Shown here: piece after piece, positions 27,135-39,794 of the stretch | How the letters are laid out: each line of letters starts with the position of its first letter | How positions within the stretch are numbered: position 1 is the stretch's first letter | NCBI RefSeq assembly: GCF_037042905.1 | Contig: NC_087250.1 | Span: forward strand, 4,838,001 to 4,902,000 | DNA: 64,000 bases | Source: Lytechinus pictus | Taxonomy: Eukaryota | Direction: 5' to 3' | The notes under the pieces: model-generated | Told to the model about the DNA's origin: nothing | Databases searched by the model: none | What the model saw: the letters and a program-made list of their open reading frames with translations, nothing else | Made by a program: the position numbers and the translations under genes

Positions 27135-28884
27135 TATATATATCTATACCTATATCACTGAATATTTTTTCTCTAACCATGGTAAATATTGCATCTGAAT
27201 CTATTTCATTGATTTCCTTTATGTCTTTGTTATATTTGTTTTTTATGTCAACAGGATCGTGTTGAAAACGGTGTATATTATCTGCACAAGCCATCCTGTA
27301 CAAATGAATAAGTAGATAAGTAAATAAATAAAATGAATAGATATAGAAAATAAAAGATAAATAAACAAATAAATACATATAAATAAATAGATAAATCTTC
27401 AGCCGGTAAAAATAGTTTCAAAACTGTATAAATGTTTCTTTTCTATTGCAAAAGTCATTTATTCCTCTACTACGAATCGGTGTGATCCTTGCAAATACAT
27501 TACACTGCATACACTTTGCCAATCAGCTCAATCATATTACAAAAATGAGTTGGGTCGAATGAATACATTTGCCTCCTTGTTGTAATTAGGTGTGTGCGAC
27601 CTCAGCGTAACTCAAACACAGCTCTATTTCTACGAATAGCGACTTAGTTAAGAAGGACCATTATGCAGTCAAAACTGGGAATTAAAATGAGAGATATTAT
27701 TGGGTTGAGCCGAATGTCAATCATTAATTATGCCAGGTGTAACTAATTTTATAGGTCACATGTTTGATCAAGAATAGCTAGTACCATGGAACATGCTTCG
27801 AACTTAACACTATTTTCTTAAGGTTAAACTTAACATTTGGGCCGTCAGACTTGTTTTCCTCGTTCTGTTTATCCCCAAATACATTCCGTCGAAGGCTATC
27901 GATTTAAAGATTACATTAAAAAGGGAAATTATTTATATTGAATTGCAGTATCCTGTTTATCTTTTAATGTTTCTTTATCATTAAAATTAACCCCATTTCG
28001 CGAAAACTTGGGATTGAGCCGACTTATATTTGATATATTATGTGACAGTGCAAGGCAAGTTTAAAACTCTGAGTGTATTGTACAATTATGATTTTAATCG
28101 AAATTTTAGAAGAAATATCTTAAAGAAGGTGGAATCTCTTCTACGATTTCTAGTAAGCCCTATGCATCATTCATCTTTGAAATGATTTTGTTCTTTCTTT
28201 TGTGACTTGCATATACATTTTATAATTTATTAATCTAGATCCTGTATTTATGCGAAGCAATAATTCTCCATGAGATGGCTTCATTTCTTTCTTCACTGAA
28301 ATCCGAATATCCGTTCTTGCAAAGAGGCACTGAAAATTAAAATCTGAAAATCTAATAATGTATTCATGCTTATTTGGGTTCTTACGTGGCATGTCCAAAT
28401 TCGGCCTTGTCCTACTCGAGGTTTAAACGGACACGATAGTTTCAATCAAAGATTTGTAATGTAACACATAAAATCATTTTAGCGCCAAGGGCAGCAGGAG
28501 ATGCCAATGGGTTCTATTAACGAGATTTTAACTATATTATTCTTTTTTAAAATAATTGTAGGTCCATGGAAAATCATACTAACTGCGTTATACATTCGGG
28601 CGGGGAAAGTGTGTCTTTATATATAGGTGAATGGACCTAAAAATTACGCCATTTTTGTTCCTCGATTGAATAATAGCGGTACTATTGACCAGTCAAGAAT
28701 TTTCATGTCATTTTTTAATTGTCTTTCGTCCCCTTTATTCGGTTATCAAAAGGACGAAATTTCCTCTCTTTTTTTTGAAAACCTTTTTTCTTCTTATTTT
28801 TTGCTTTTCAATTTTTTTTCGTGGACGAAATGTTCTTATTTTTGGTTGAAAACCTTTTTTTTTGGCTTGTCAATCTTTTTGTTA

Positions 28885-29351
28885 TATGAAATATTTTAAT
28901 TTTCTTCTCATTGTCATGATTGTCAAGTGATGTATTCTCTCATTTCGTGGTTCAGTCAAGTTGGTAGTTGTCAAGTCCGTAAAATATGAAATATTTTATA
29001 ATTCAAACAATAAAAAACAAAATAAATAGTGAGTGAAGGACACGACCTCACTCTCTCATTCTCATCACTGATTTGTACATATAACTGTTTTTCAGAAAAA
29101 TAAGAGAAATGTCATAACTTTCTGATTTTATATCCGATTTCGATGAAATGCATGATAGTGAGTGAGGGACACCCTTTCTCTCATTTCCATCACTGAGTTA
29201 TACATAATTATTTATAACTTTTTTTGAGAAAAATAAGATAATGTCATAACTTCCTCGTTTCAGATCCGATTTCGATGAAATTTTCAGCGTAATGTTTGTT
29301 TGATTTTTCTCTATTCACTAAATCAACATTTGTCTGGGCTGGACTTGACCT
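28885..29351. mobile_element. TTAA-target MITE, partial, with internal duplication
   Basis: Same family as 9183; ends GGACTTGACCT|TTAA; ~130-bp segment duplicated (near 29027 and 29156). Confidence 0.75.
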
Positions 29352-29863
29352 TTAAGGACTAAGAATTTCACAAAACATGCAGTTACATACTTATTTTGGG
29401 AATATCCTGGATCCGCCCTATAATGCCACTGTATATAGAACTGTGTAAAAGCTGTTTTATATCCCATGAAATATGTGGAATGGAAGTTGATCTTATTGAC
29501 TTTGCGTGGTTTAACACAATACAGCAATGCTACCGGTCTATCGCGCCATCAATATGTCACAATGTTTTTTTTTTAAGTGCAGGCAGTAATACCTACAATG
29601 CTATATTCCATTATATACACCGGTAATCGAATCACATACGCGGGCATTTTATATTCGCCTATATGCATGCACACGTTCAAGTACAGGTTTTATGTGCTGA
29701 AGACAAAATGACAAACGGAATTTTGTCTAGTGAAAAGAAACAGGTGAATGGTTTTTAATCGCGATTGCGTTTTAAAAAACATTTTGTAAATCACTGACAA
29801 CGAGATATCAGGGCAATGGTAGAAAATATAGCCCGGCACTGATAAAGGATAATGACATCATGA

Positions 29864-30409
29864 CCCGGGGGGGGGGGGCACTCAGTATATAATGCATAGT
29901 GGGTATGTGCCGCGGAGGGGACCCCCATTTTTACACTCAAATTTCCGTTCCAAAGCATAGCATTTTTGTCTTTTTGAGAAAAAGAACAAAGAAAGCCGCT
30001 CCAAGGCATAGCATTTCCTTCTTATCGAGAAAAAAGAAGAAAGAAATCCGTTCCAAAGCTTTGCATATTTTTCGTTACGCCGTTCCGGTCGCATTGACTT
30101 GCTACAAGGAGCTGCAATTTGGTGAAAAGCGGCCGTAGAGCGCTTTTCGACCATCGCCTAAGCGAGAGCGCACCCGGCGGAGGCCGCGCTAGCTGCGTCA
30201 TGCACGATTGCCCGTTCCATAGGGATGCATACGCACTCACAGAGATACGGAGATCCGTTCCGAGGACCCCCGTTTTCACAAACATTTGTTGTTCCGAAGC
30301 CCGTTCCGAGGACCCTCCTTTTTACAATAAGCCCGCTCCAAGGCCCCCGTTTTTTGCCTCGCCCGCGGCACACCCCTACCACTTTTTTGGTCGAGTGCCC
30401 CCCCCCGGG
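29864..30409. mobile_element. MITE with CCCGGGGG termini and 8-bp TSD
   Basis: CCCG(G)nCACTC...GAGTG(C)nGGG; exact TSD CATCATGA; internal CCGTTCC/CCGCTCC subrepeats; GC-rich. Confidence 0.85.
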
Positions 30410-30992
30410 CATCATGAGAAGGCTACACTAACACGTGTGTGAATATATGGGACTGCATCTGTGTGAGGATATTATTTGACGCCTGATAAATGCATAGTAA
30501 ACTATTTTGATGAAAGACGATCGGTATCGCTTTGCGTGTGCCCCCCCCCCCCCCAAGAACAGCAGATATATCATTCCTTAACATAATTGTAGTGACTATA
30601 ATCTTGGCGAGCCGCTATTTTCCAAGTCATCGAAGTTTTCGTGGTATTCCAACCACCCGGATTTTCGGCTGATGACAGGATCAGATATCTGACTTCGATC
30701 CGACGGTCCAAAAAGATGTCTCATTCCAACGGTGTTGTCATGAGACTCTGATGCCCTTGAGCAGCTTCGCATTTCACAATAAATATCATATTTCGAAGAA
30801 TATTTGTCATACACATGCATCGTTGGATATGTTGGACTGCGGACGGTAGAAAGGAGGAGAGGTAGATCTGATCTCACAGACGATCAGACTTTTGCCACTG
30901 GCAAATCTTCGACAAAATAGATAAAATATGAATAGGAGCTGAATGTTTAATACCCAGAACTGTTCAAGTGTTTCTTCAATTGCAGATGAGCC

Positions 30993-31037
30993 ATGGATGA
31001 AGAAATAACCCTAATCAAACCAGTTGAACCTAAGGAG
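30993..31037 (+). CDS. Probable first coding exon (MDEEITLIKPVEPKE), likely of the Cys-rich small protein gene
   Basis: Acceptor TTTCTTCAATTGCAG ends 30985; GCCATGG Kozak context with an in-frame TGA just upstream; donor GAG|GTAAGC at 31038. It ends in phase 0 while the 39363 exon starts in phase 2, so a linking exon is needed and was not firmly identified. Confidence 0.5.
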
Positions 31038-31071
31038 GTAAGCAGAAGTCGCTCCCGGCCTATACGATTAA

Positions 31072-31484
31072 GGCCACGGGGCCACCGCACCGCACACCTC
31101 GATTACGATTGGTCTGCGATCAATAGAATTTGACGCTCATACTGAAGCATGGAATATCTTACTGTGTAATGTTCTAAATCATCGTACGAAAACCTATGTT
31201 CAAATCTGTGACTATCCTATCATCCTTATTATAATAAAATCGAATTTAATAGCAAGTCGTAATGACGTCATAGCAATCATACGATTGGCTTAAGTGAAAC
31301 TAATTTGCCCTTTACTAAAAAAAAAATGGCTTGCAATCATCCAAAATTGTTATATTAGTATTATTTAAGTTAATTTCATACCTCAAATAAAAAGATACTT
31401 TTCATTCACATTTTCAGAAAATAAGCAAAATGGAATTTGTTCCAAAATCGGATGGTGGACCAGTCGTAAGGTGTGCGGTGACCT
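31072..31484. mobile_element. Harbinger-like MITE
   Basis: GGCCACCGCAC...ACGATTGGTC / GACCAGTCGTAAGGTGTGCGGTGACC inverted ends; left end locally duplicated. Confidence 0.6.
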
Positions 31485-31814
31485 ATATCATGTTTATACG
31501 TATATGCTTTTATATAAATCAGTAGAAAAAAGTGGCCGGCTGTACTTGTGCAGCAGTACGTATAGCGCCGAGCTGCAGGGGTGCTAATAGTTTAATACTA
31601 AATGGTGATTCCATTCAATTTACTTCAATGTCGACTAATTGTATGCATGCAATAGTCCGGAAATTGATAATGAAAAATGTACAAAAAATGATTGGCATTC
31701 ATAGATTTTACCTGACATTAATATAAAAAAGATATATAGTTGACTTGAAACATTGATGATCAAGATTTCAGTATTAAGATCTGTACTAGTAGTAGTATAG
31801 TAGTAGTATAGTAG

Positions 31815-33125
31815 TGAAAGGGTTCGCGCCGACGACCACACAACACAGACACGAGGGCTGAGGCTTCTTGAGTTCTTTTATTGATCAAAGAAAAACAGCC
31901 TCTGTATAACAAAATATAAACAAGCACATGATTAATATAATTACCACACATTACATAATAGCGGTATGAATTACATAATAGCGGTATGAAAAGTAGTACA
32001 GTTCTAAACATACAAATACAGATTTACATTATCAATCAAGGCAATAAACTACATTTTCTTCAGTGACTATTAAAGACAAAGTAAGTCAAGAAGTATATCT
32101 CTTTCATTATTAGATATAAAATCGTATCGACAATATTTTTGTATTCAGAAAACCATAATTTGCATCTATATGATATAAGTTAAACAACTCTACCTAGACC
32201 ATGCACTCACCGGTCAGAACACTAATTCTGCATTTGTTTTCAACATTTCCAGCCTAAGTACATGAAGGGAAGTCCTTGCAGAAGACCTACGGGTATAACA
32301 TAAACATTGATGTATGTCACTTACATTATACACAACCATATTAAGCAATACATAACTATGGGAACATTAGATTTAGTATTTGGTCTATCGACACTGACTT
32401 TTTATTCGTTTCTTTTACTTAAGGCTGTGCAAGAATCTTCCTATCAAAATGAACATTATACATGTAGCAATTGGTAATGCAATGTAAATATAGAATATAA
32501 CAGTCAAAGTGAACTCAGGCACATATCAGATCACTATCAGGTGAGCTTTCTGTCCAATCAAATATCATTCCAAAATTGAGTAATTATAATAACATGCATA
32601 CATATACATATATCACAGTAATAGTATAACATATCAATGAAATAAACATTCAATTTACTAAAATAAGAGTATATATATACATCAACTTACTTATATACTG
32701 CAAAATTAAACTTTCTTCTGCAGGAACAAGTATCCTCATCAACAACAAACAGTAGGAATGCCCTTGCTACTGCCAGTGTCATGAGTCACTGGACTCTCTC
32801 CCTAGCTAACAATAAGAGTGCAATGGTGCACATCAAAGTACAAAAGCATCCCTAAAGGGTGTACATGAATTGGCATTACTGCTACTCCTAAAAAGGCGGG
32901 AAAGAATTAGCCAATGAGCAGAGAGGGAAGGATTAAGGCAAAGTTGGTATAACTTCAGAGAGGGAGAAAGAGTACTAAAGATAAAGTTGGCAGATATAAT
33001 GTGAAATATAGATTTATTATATACATTATATTCAAATGCTACATGTCCTTGAAATGAAATAATAAAATATAGTATCCTTTTAACTAGATTTTTAAATTAA
33101 TAAAAGGAAAACCCAATTTACAACA
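31815..33125 (-). mobile_element. Probable solo LTR (Gypsy-like) inserted in an (AGT)n microsatellite
   Basis: Minus strand reads TGTTG...TTTCA with AATAAA about 60 nt before the 3' end and a GT-rich U5-like stretch; 4-bp flanks GTAG/GTAG (weak evidence because they lie in a microsatellite); AGT repeats on both sides. Confidence 0.6.
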
Positions 33126-33131
33126 GTAGTA

Positions 33132-33164
<33 letters not shown>

Positions 33165-33244
33165 AAGTAGTAGTAGTAGCAGCAGCAGCAGCAACATATA
33201 TCCGTAGTTGTAATAGCAGTAGTAGTAATATAGTAGTAGTAGTA

Positions 33245-33288
<44 letters not shown>

Positions 33289-33412
33289 AAGTAGTACAAG
33301 AAGAAGTAGTAGTAGTAGTAGTAGCAGCAGTAGTAGTAGTAGTAGCAGTAGCAGCAGCAGCAACATACATCAGGAGTTGTAATAGCAGTAGTAGTAATAT
33401 AGTAGTAGTAGT

Positions 33413-33463
<51 letters not shown>

Positions 33464-33501
33464 TAGTAGTATAGTAGTAGTAGTAAAGTAGTACAAGAAG
33501 A

Positions 33502-33536
<35 letters not shown>

Positions 33537-33647
33537 CAGCAGTAGTAGTAGTAGCAGTAGAAGTATTATTATTATTAGTAGTAGTAGTAGTAGTAGTAGT
33601 AGCAGCAGTAGTAGTAGTAGCAGTAGAAGTAGTAGTATTATTATTAT

Positions 33648-33680
<33 letters not shown>

Positions 33681-33728
33681 CAGCAGTAGTAGTAGTAGCA
33701 GTAGAAGTAGTAGTATTATTATTATTAT

Positions 33729-33761
<33 letters not shown>

Positions 33762-33896
33762 CAGCAGTAGTAGTAGTAGCAGTAGAAGTAGTAGTATTAT
33801 TATTATTATTATTAGTAGTAGTAGTAGTAGTAGTAGTAGTAGCAGCAGTAGTAGTAGTAGCAGTAGAAGTAGTAGTATTATTATTATTATTATTAT

Positions 33897-33929
<33 letters not shown>

Positions 33930-34057
33930 CAGCAGTAGTAGTAGTAGCAGTAGAAGTAGTAGTATTATTATTATTAGTTGAAGTAGTAGTAGTAGTAGTA
34001 GTAGTAGCAGCAGTAGTAGTAGTAGCAGTAGAAGTAGTAGTATTATTATTATTAGTT

Positions 34058-34102
<45 letters not shown>

Positions 34103-34120
34103 TTATTATTATTATTAGTT

Positions 34121-34154
<34 letters not shown>

Positions 34155-34235
34155 CAGCAGTAGTAGTAGTAGCAGTAGTAGTAGTAGTATTATTATTATT
34201 AGTTGTAGTAGTAGTAGTAGTAGTAGTAGTAGTAT
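33126..34235. repeat. 1.1-kb compound (AGT)n/(AGC)/(ATT) microsatellite with higher-order ~60-bp period
   Basis: Directly visible: (AGT)n-AGCAGC-(AGT)4-AGCAGTAGA-(AGT)n-(ATT)n repeated about ten times. Confidence 0.95.
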
Positions 34236-34274
34236 AGCAGTATGGCATTTTTATATTGCCATTGTCATCAAATA

Positions 34275-35082
34275 CAGTGCGTCCCACAAAAAACGAAACC
34301 AAGATTTATCGATGATTTATCATAACTTAATCACAAATATAACAGACAAATGACCCACCATTGTAAAGCATAGAATCTCCTCTTTCATCTGAAATTACTT
34401 AAATTATTTCTCATTTACGCATGAGTGAGCAAAAACAATTTGAATAGGGTATACCAAAAAGTCATTTGGCGGGCTGTATCTGGGTTTCAAAACGAAAAAC
34501 CACATTTTTAAAAAGTTCAATATCTGTTCTCAATTACAGAAAATGGTCAAGAAATAACACAGTTCTGGTTATTTGAAATAAGTCTTGAATTCCAATAATT
34601 TCATAAAATGGAGAGGTTTTACAGGCTAGCGTTCAAACTCACTCGACACTCCGTTTTGTTGACGATCAGCCATGCATTAAGTCTTTTTTTAACCGTGCGA
34701 TAACTTCTGTAGGAAACCGGTGAAAACACGTTCATTTAATAAAATTATGGAAATACAAGCATTGTTTCGAGGGAGCATAACTTTTTTACTTCTGGACCAT
34801 TTTTTGTGATTAAGGTATCAAATGAAACTAGCAGATATTGAACTTTTTTAAAATGTGATTTTCTTTTTGAAATTCAGATACCCCCCGCCAAATGAGTTTT
34901 TGGTATCCTTTCTTCAAATTGTTTTTGCTCACTCATGCGTGAATGAGGAATAATCTAAGTAATATCAGATGAAAGAGGAGATTCTAAGCTTTACATTGAT
35001 AGGTCATTTGTCTATTGTATTTATGATTAAGTTATGATAAATCATCGCTAAATCTCGGTTTCGTTTTTTGTGGGACGCACTG
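34275..35082. mobile_element. Tc1/mariner-like foldback MITE, copy 2
   Basis: Same termini, TA TSD and core as 26342, same orientation. Confidence 0.9.
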
Positions 35083-35220
35083 TATATTGGTATTTCTTAA
35101 TTCATAATTGCCATTTTTATCCCCTTCATCATCTGATAATATATTTTTTCTCATCATCATTGTTATTTTCAATTTTATCACCAAACAGTTTTCATTACGA
35201 TTCTCATACTTTGACGTCCG

Positions 35221-37201
35221 GGGGCGGTATTCTGAAAACGTTCTTATCTTAATTTTGTTCTTATCTACGTCACGTTCTCAAATTGGTATTCTGAAAACGT
35301 TCTTATCTTTTTCTTATCTTTTGTTCTTATCTTTTTCTTATCTTGCTTTCCATCGATGCTGAGCGCGTAAATTTATAATTCGCGCATATGATACAAAAGC
35401 GCGCTAAAAGATAAGAACAAAATAAAGATAAGTGGTATTCTGAAAACGTTCTTATCTTTTTTCTTTCTTATCTATTTACGAAATTTATGATAATATTTAA
35501 GATAGCTAGAGGGTTATTACATCTTACGCTGTCCGCCTTCTTTCTTGCTAAAAATCGATGGCCACTGGTAGTAACAAGTATTCATCCCACCCTTTCTTTC
35601 ATTCACCCTTTATTTTGCCTGTCTCTTTTTTCTATCCCTTTTTTCTTTCTTTCTTTCTTTCGTCCTTCCTTTCGTTCTGTCTTTCTTTATTTCATTTAGG
35701 CCTATTTATTTTCTCTTTTTCTTCCTTTCTATCTGTTTGTCTTTTTTTCCTTTCTTTCATTCTTCTTTTTTTTCCCTTTTTTGAATCTTTTAACTTCTTC
35801 CTTATTTTTCTTTTGCGTTATTTTATTTATTCTTTCTTTTTCTTTTTTTAATTGAATTTATTTCCGTTAAAAACCAATAACATAAATACATATGAAATGA
35901 TACATGTGAATTGATAAATGAAAAACGGGAGGATGACCTAGCTCAGCAGCATCAATCATGGTGCTGCTGGTCTACCGGGGTCCTTCCTTTTTTATTTTCC
36001 CTTTTCGATTTTTTCCTTTTTTTCTTTACTAAGTTTTTTTTTCTTTCCCATTTTCTCTCTTTCTTTCTGTTTTTCTTTTCCTTTCTTCCTTCACTTTATT
36101 TATTTTTTGTAATCTTTTTATTTCTTCATTTTTTAGGGTAAATTATATTTCATTTTTTCTTTATTCTTTCCATTGATCTTTCTTCGTTTTTCTTCATTTT
36201 TCCTGCCTTGTTATTTTCCTTCTTTTTCTTTCCTTCTTTGAATTTACCTTTCTTTTTATCTTTATTTAGTTTTCAATTTTGCTTTACTTTTCCTTTCATC
36301 TTTTATCTTCCCTCTCTTATCTCTTTCTTTCTTTCTCTCCCTCTCTTTCTTTATTTCTTTGTTTCATTTTCCCTTTTTCTCTCTTCCGTCACTTTTTACA
36401 TATTTTTATTCCTTCCTTTTTTTTGCTTTCTTTCATTCGTTTTTTCTAACTTTTTTTTGTTCTTTATTCCTTCATTTTATCCTTTTTAATCTTTTTATTT
36501 TGTACTTTTTCGTTTTTTCCTATAAGTTTTTTTTCCTTTTCCTTCTTTATTTTTCCTTCAATGTTTTATTCCTCTTTTTATCATTGATTATCATTCTATC
36601 TATTCCTCCTTTTTCTTTCTTGTATTCTTTCCTTTTTTTATTTCTTTTCATTTTTTAAAATTTTCTTTTAATTTCCTTTTGCTTGCTTTCTTTCGTTTAC
36701 CTTTTCTTTCTTTCATTGTTTTCTGCATTTTGTTAAATTTCTGTTTCATTCTGACCCTTTTCTGTATTCTTACTTACCTACTTACTTTACTTCTTTCTTC
36801 CTGTTTTATTCTTATTCGTAACTGCTTCCTTTACCTTTTTTTCTTTAATTTCTTTCTTTCTTTATTTTGTGCACATGTCTCGAAATAATAATCACTCATT
36901 GCGTATAAAATGCCTATTTCGCGCAGTGCGCAAGAAACAGTGCACGCGCAGCGCCCATGATATTCTCTTCACATAAGGAACGCTTTTATTGGTTAAACTG
37001 CCAATATAAAGCGCATTTTGATTGGTAATATCTTAAAAATGGGCGTGTTGAAGATAAGAAGGAGGCAGTCCTTACAGAGATAAGAACGCGTTAAGAAGAT
37101 TTTCAGAATACCGATTTGCAATGATTTTAGCGTCTTCTTATCTCATTGAGATAAGAACAAAGATAAGAACAAAGATAAGAGCGTTTTCAGAATACCACCC
37201 C
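35221..37201. mobile_element. Harbinger-like MITE split by a long pyrimidine tract
   Basis: GGGGCGGTATTCTGAAAACG...CGTTTTCAGAATACCACCCC TIRs; many TTCTTATCT/AGATAAGAA subterminal repeats. Confidence 0.75.
35580..36870. repeat. ~1.3-kb T/C-rich low-complexity tract
   Basis: Extreme pyrimidine skew with decayed (TTTC)n; interrupted at ~35850-35985. Confidence 0.9.
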
Positions 37202-37369
37202 AGGTGAGCATGTTGTTAAATACAGAGTTTTCATACAGCTACGCAGAACACTTTCAAGAACATAGAAAATTCATTTTCAAATGCCCTCCATGACAATAAG
37301 CAACCAAGAGGTCTTTGTCGAAAATTGGTGATCATAACGGCAGTGTCGTCCTGGATTCTTGACAAACGA

Positions 37370-37580
37370 TATATTTCGGCGAAGTACATCTGTCGAATCA
37401 TTTAAAAGACATCTGAAAACATACTTATTTTTGTTGTAAGTGTAATTGTAACACATGGAGAGTAATTTATGTAAAGCGCATGGAACAGTTTTAATTGATT
37501 ATGCGCTGAATAAGCACTAATTTATTATCATTTTTTAATTATTATTATTATTGTTGTTATTATTATCATCATTGTTATTA

Positions 37581-37616
<36 letters not shown>
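37370..37616 (+). mobile_element. L2-clade LINE 3' remnant with (ATT)n tail
   Basis: STSVESFKRHLKTYLF peptide, AGCGCAT...ATGCGCT terminal stem, then ATT repeats. Confidence 0.7.
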
Positions 37617-37618
<2 letters not shown>

Positions 37619-38859
37619 CCTCCTAGCAGTTCAGTGTCTTTTGACGGGCATTTTCAATACATCGACGGTGTTTTTTGATACGCACCTGAACGCGGAACTG
37701 TTTTGAAACCTGGCACTATTGCCTTCATAGGGCTGATCACCGAAAGCAGCGGAGGGAGAAAACCAGGAAGGAAGGGGGGTTGGGGCGGTGATGAAAATGC
37801 ATAAGATATTTTTTTATAGTTATTTCCACATATTTTGTACCCTTTTTTTACTGAAAAAGATGCCCTTACAGGTTTCACGACCCCTATTAAATACACTCAT
37901 GGGAAGGTTCCATTCGAGATTGAGAATTCGACTTTAATAATCATTGAAATAAACATTCACAAAAATGCACGCGCGCACCTAATATCTACTTGTCATGTCC
38001 GCTCCAAGTTGACAGCAAGTTTATATGAATACATTGAGAAAAATCAAAGAGGCATATATGCAACACTGAAAATAATCAAAATAGGATTCCAATAAAGAAA
38101 TTAGACGTCATCACTTTTTTTACATCCAATTTTAATTGAATTTTCAGTCTTGCTCTTGTTTAATCTTTCTTAGTCTATTCTATAAACTTGGTTTAGGGTT
38201 AGGGTTGATCGACCTTTTAAAGGTTGTTCGAAACTAAACTTATACATCATGTTTCAAAAGCATTTTTTAGTTCTCAATACATCAGGAATTATTGAATGAC
38301 GATTCGGTTCCGACAATATGACAGACTTTTCGCATTTTGAAAAGACTGTTTTCTGCTTGAGTTTGCTTCCTTTGCCTATATTTATTCTGTTTATCACAAA
38401 TTCAAGCAGAGATGAGCAGGATGATGTTCTTAAAATTAATCGGATATTATCATAAAACTGTCAAAGATATTCTCTAATAAAATTACGCCTACTTCCACAC
38501 AAACAAGCTGAATATTATCGAGCATGTCGAGGTGGATATAATCCTTTTTTTTCCTTTTTTTTTCTAGCCTTTATGTTATGCTTATTCATTTTATTAGCAG
38601 ACTTAGTTATGAACCCACAAAAATGTAAACGTTAATCCATAAGATGACAAAATTTTATTGGTGACATTTTAGTACAAAAACAAAAACAAGAGGTGGTTTT
38701 AGACCAGGGAGAATACCAGGAATACTATTTTTGTCATTACCACTTCTGTTTTTTAACTAACTTTCGAACGACTGACAAGAAACATTAAAAAGTTTCGATC
38801 GAAAGATTGGTTTGTTCATCACCAAATCTTTGAAGTGTATAACAGCAATCATTGTAAGA

Positions 38860-39360
38860 TGCATTATTTTTCACTATATCACCTCTCCAAAGCAACCTTA
38901 GTAACAGTCATTATTTGTCACTAAATCACGTCTCGGACGCAACCATAGTATCACCTCTCATAAACAACCATACTAACGGTCATTATTTTTCACTATTTAT
39001 CACATCTGAAGCAACCATAGTAACAGTCGTTTTTTTTTTTCACCTCTCCGAAGGAACCATAGCAACAGTCATTTTCACTCTCTCACCTCTCGAAAACAAT
39101 CATAGTAGCTGTCAATATTTTTTTTTTTACTATTTCACCTGTCCGAAGCAACCATTACGTTGTGCAAACCCTTCACTATAGTAAAGGGTATGAGTGTGCC
39201 CTGTGCAGCCTATAATGTTTCGTGTATACAAGAGGCCCTCTATATGTGCTAGTCTTTGCCTGGAGACCCACTTGTTGATCAAAGTTTCAATCCGGGTCTG
39301 TGTCTGCAGACTACATAGTAACGGTAGTTATTTTTCACTATTCCACTCCTCCGAATGCAC
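38860..39360. repeat. Degenerate ~46-bp tandem repeat upstream of the Cys-rich exon
   Basis: Recurring TTATTTTTCACTA..CACCTCTCCGAAGCAACCATAGTAACAGTCA units. Confidence 0.8.
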
Positions 39361-39362
39361 AG

Positions 39363-39501
39363 CACTCATAGGACGGATGACCGATGTGCAAATTGGGATT
39401 GCCATGGTGATGGTGAATGCACGGAGGTTCTCTTCGGATGTCTTCTGTGCCATTGTCTGTTCGGAGGCGACTCGAACGACTCCTGCAACGATTGTTGCCC
39501 G
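39363..39501 (+). CDS. Cys/Asp-rich small protein, internal exon (THRTDDRCANWDCHGDGECTEVLFGCLLCHCLFGGDSNDSCNDCCP)
   Basis: CAG acceptor ends 39362; open frame with 9 Cys in 46 codons; strong donor CCG|GTAAGA at 39502 (phase 0) matches the next exon; elevated GC. An in-frame ATG at 39355 is an alternative start. Confidence 0.7.
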
Positions 39502-39794
39502 GTAAGACTGTGCTAATGCCCGAATTATTTAACTTAAGTCTTAGACAATGATCTGACATTGTGCTAAAATTATGAGAAGCCGTATAAATATATTATTTTC
39601 AATGTCTTATATTTAATTTGCCCTTCCCGCTTGCTTTAAATGGTCACGGAAAATATTTAAGTTATCACCAGACAACTGTGAATGATTTGAATGTCACCTG
39701 CACTGTTAGATATCTGTGTGTCACGATTAGCTATCCATAGGTAGTATACCAAAGCCCTAGTTCAGTACATAAGGGTTAGTTTAATTATTTAGAG

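Noticed and set aside
29791..30442. Cluster of overlapping GC-rich ORFs / CpG island
   Set aside because: Explained by a MITE with TIRs and an exact 8-bp TSD; no transposase motifs.
32723..32855. Strong plus-strand acceptor (CTTTCTTCTGCAG) as the missing linker exon
   Set aside because: Lies inside the solo LTR, and no convincing phase-2 donor was found before the in-frame stop.
33370..34302. 310-aa Thr/Asn-rich mucin-like ORF on the minus strand
   Set aside because: It is the translation of the (AGT)n compound microsatellite; its start lies in a MITE TIR and there is almost no synonymous variation.
35487..36888. Several Phe/Leu-rich membrane-protein-like ORFs
   Set aside because: Artefacts of the T/C low-complexity tract.
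39194..39505. 103-aa ORF listed in the track
   Set aside because: Overlaps the Cys-rich exon in another frame, crosses the splice signals and begins in repeat-derived sequence.
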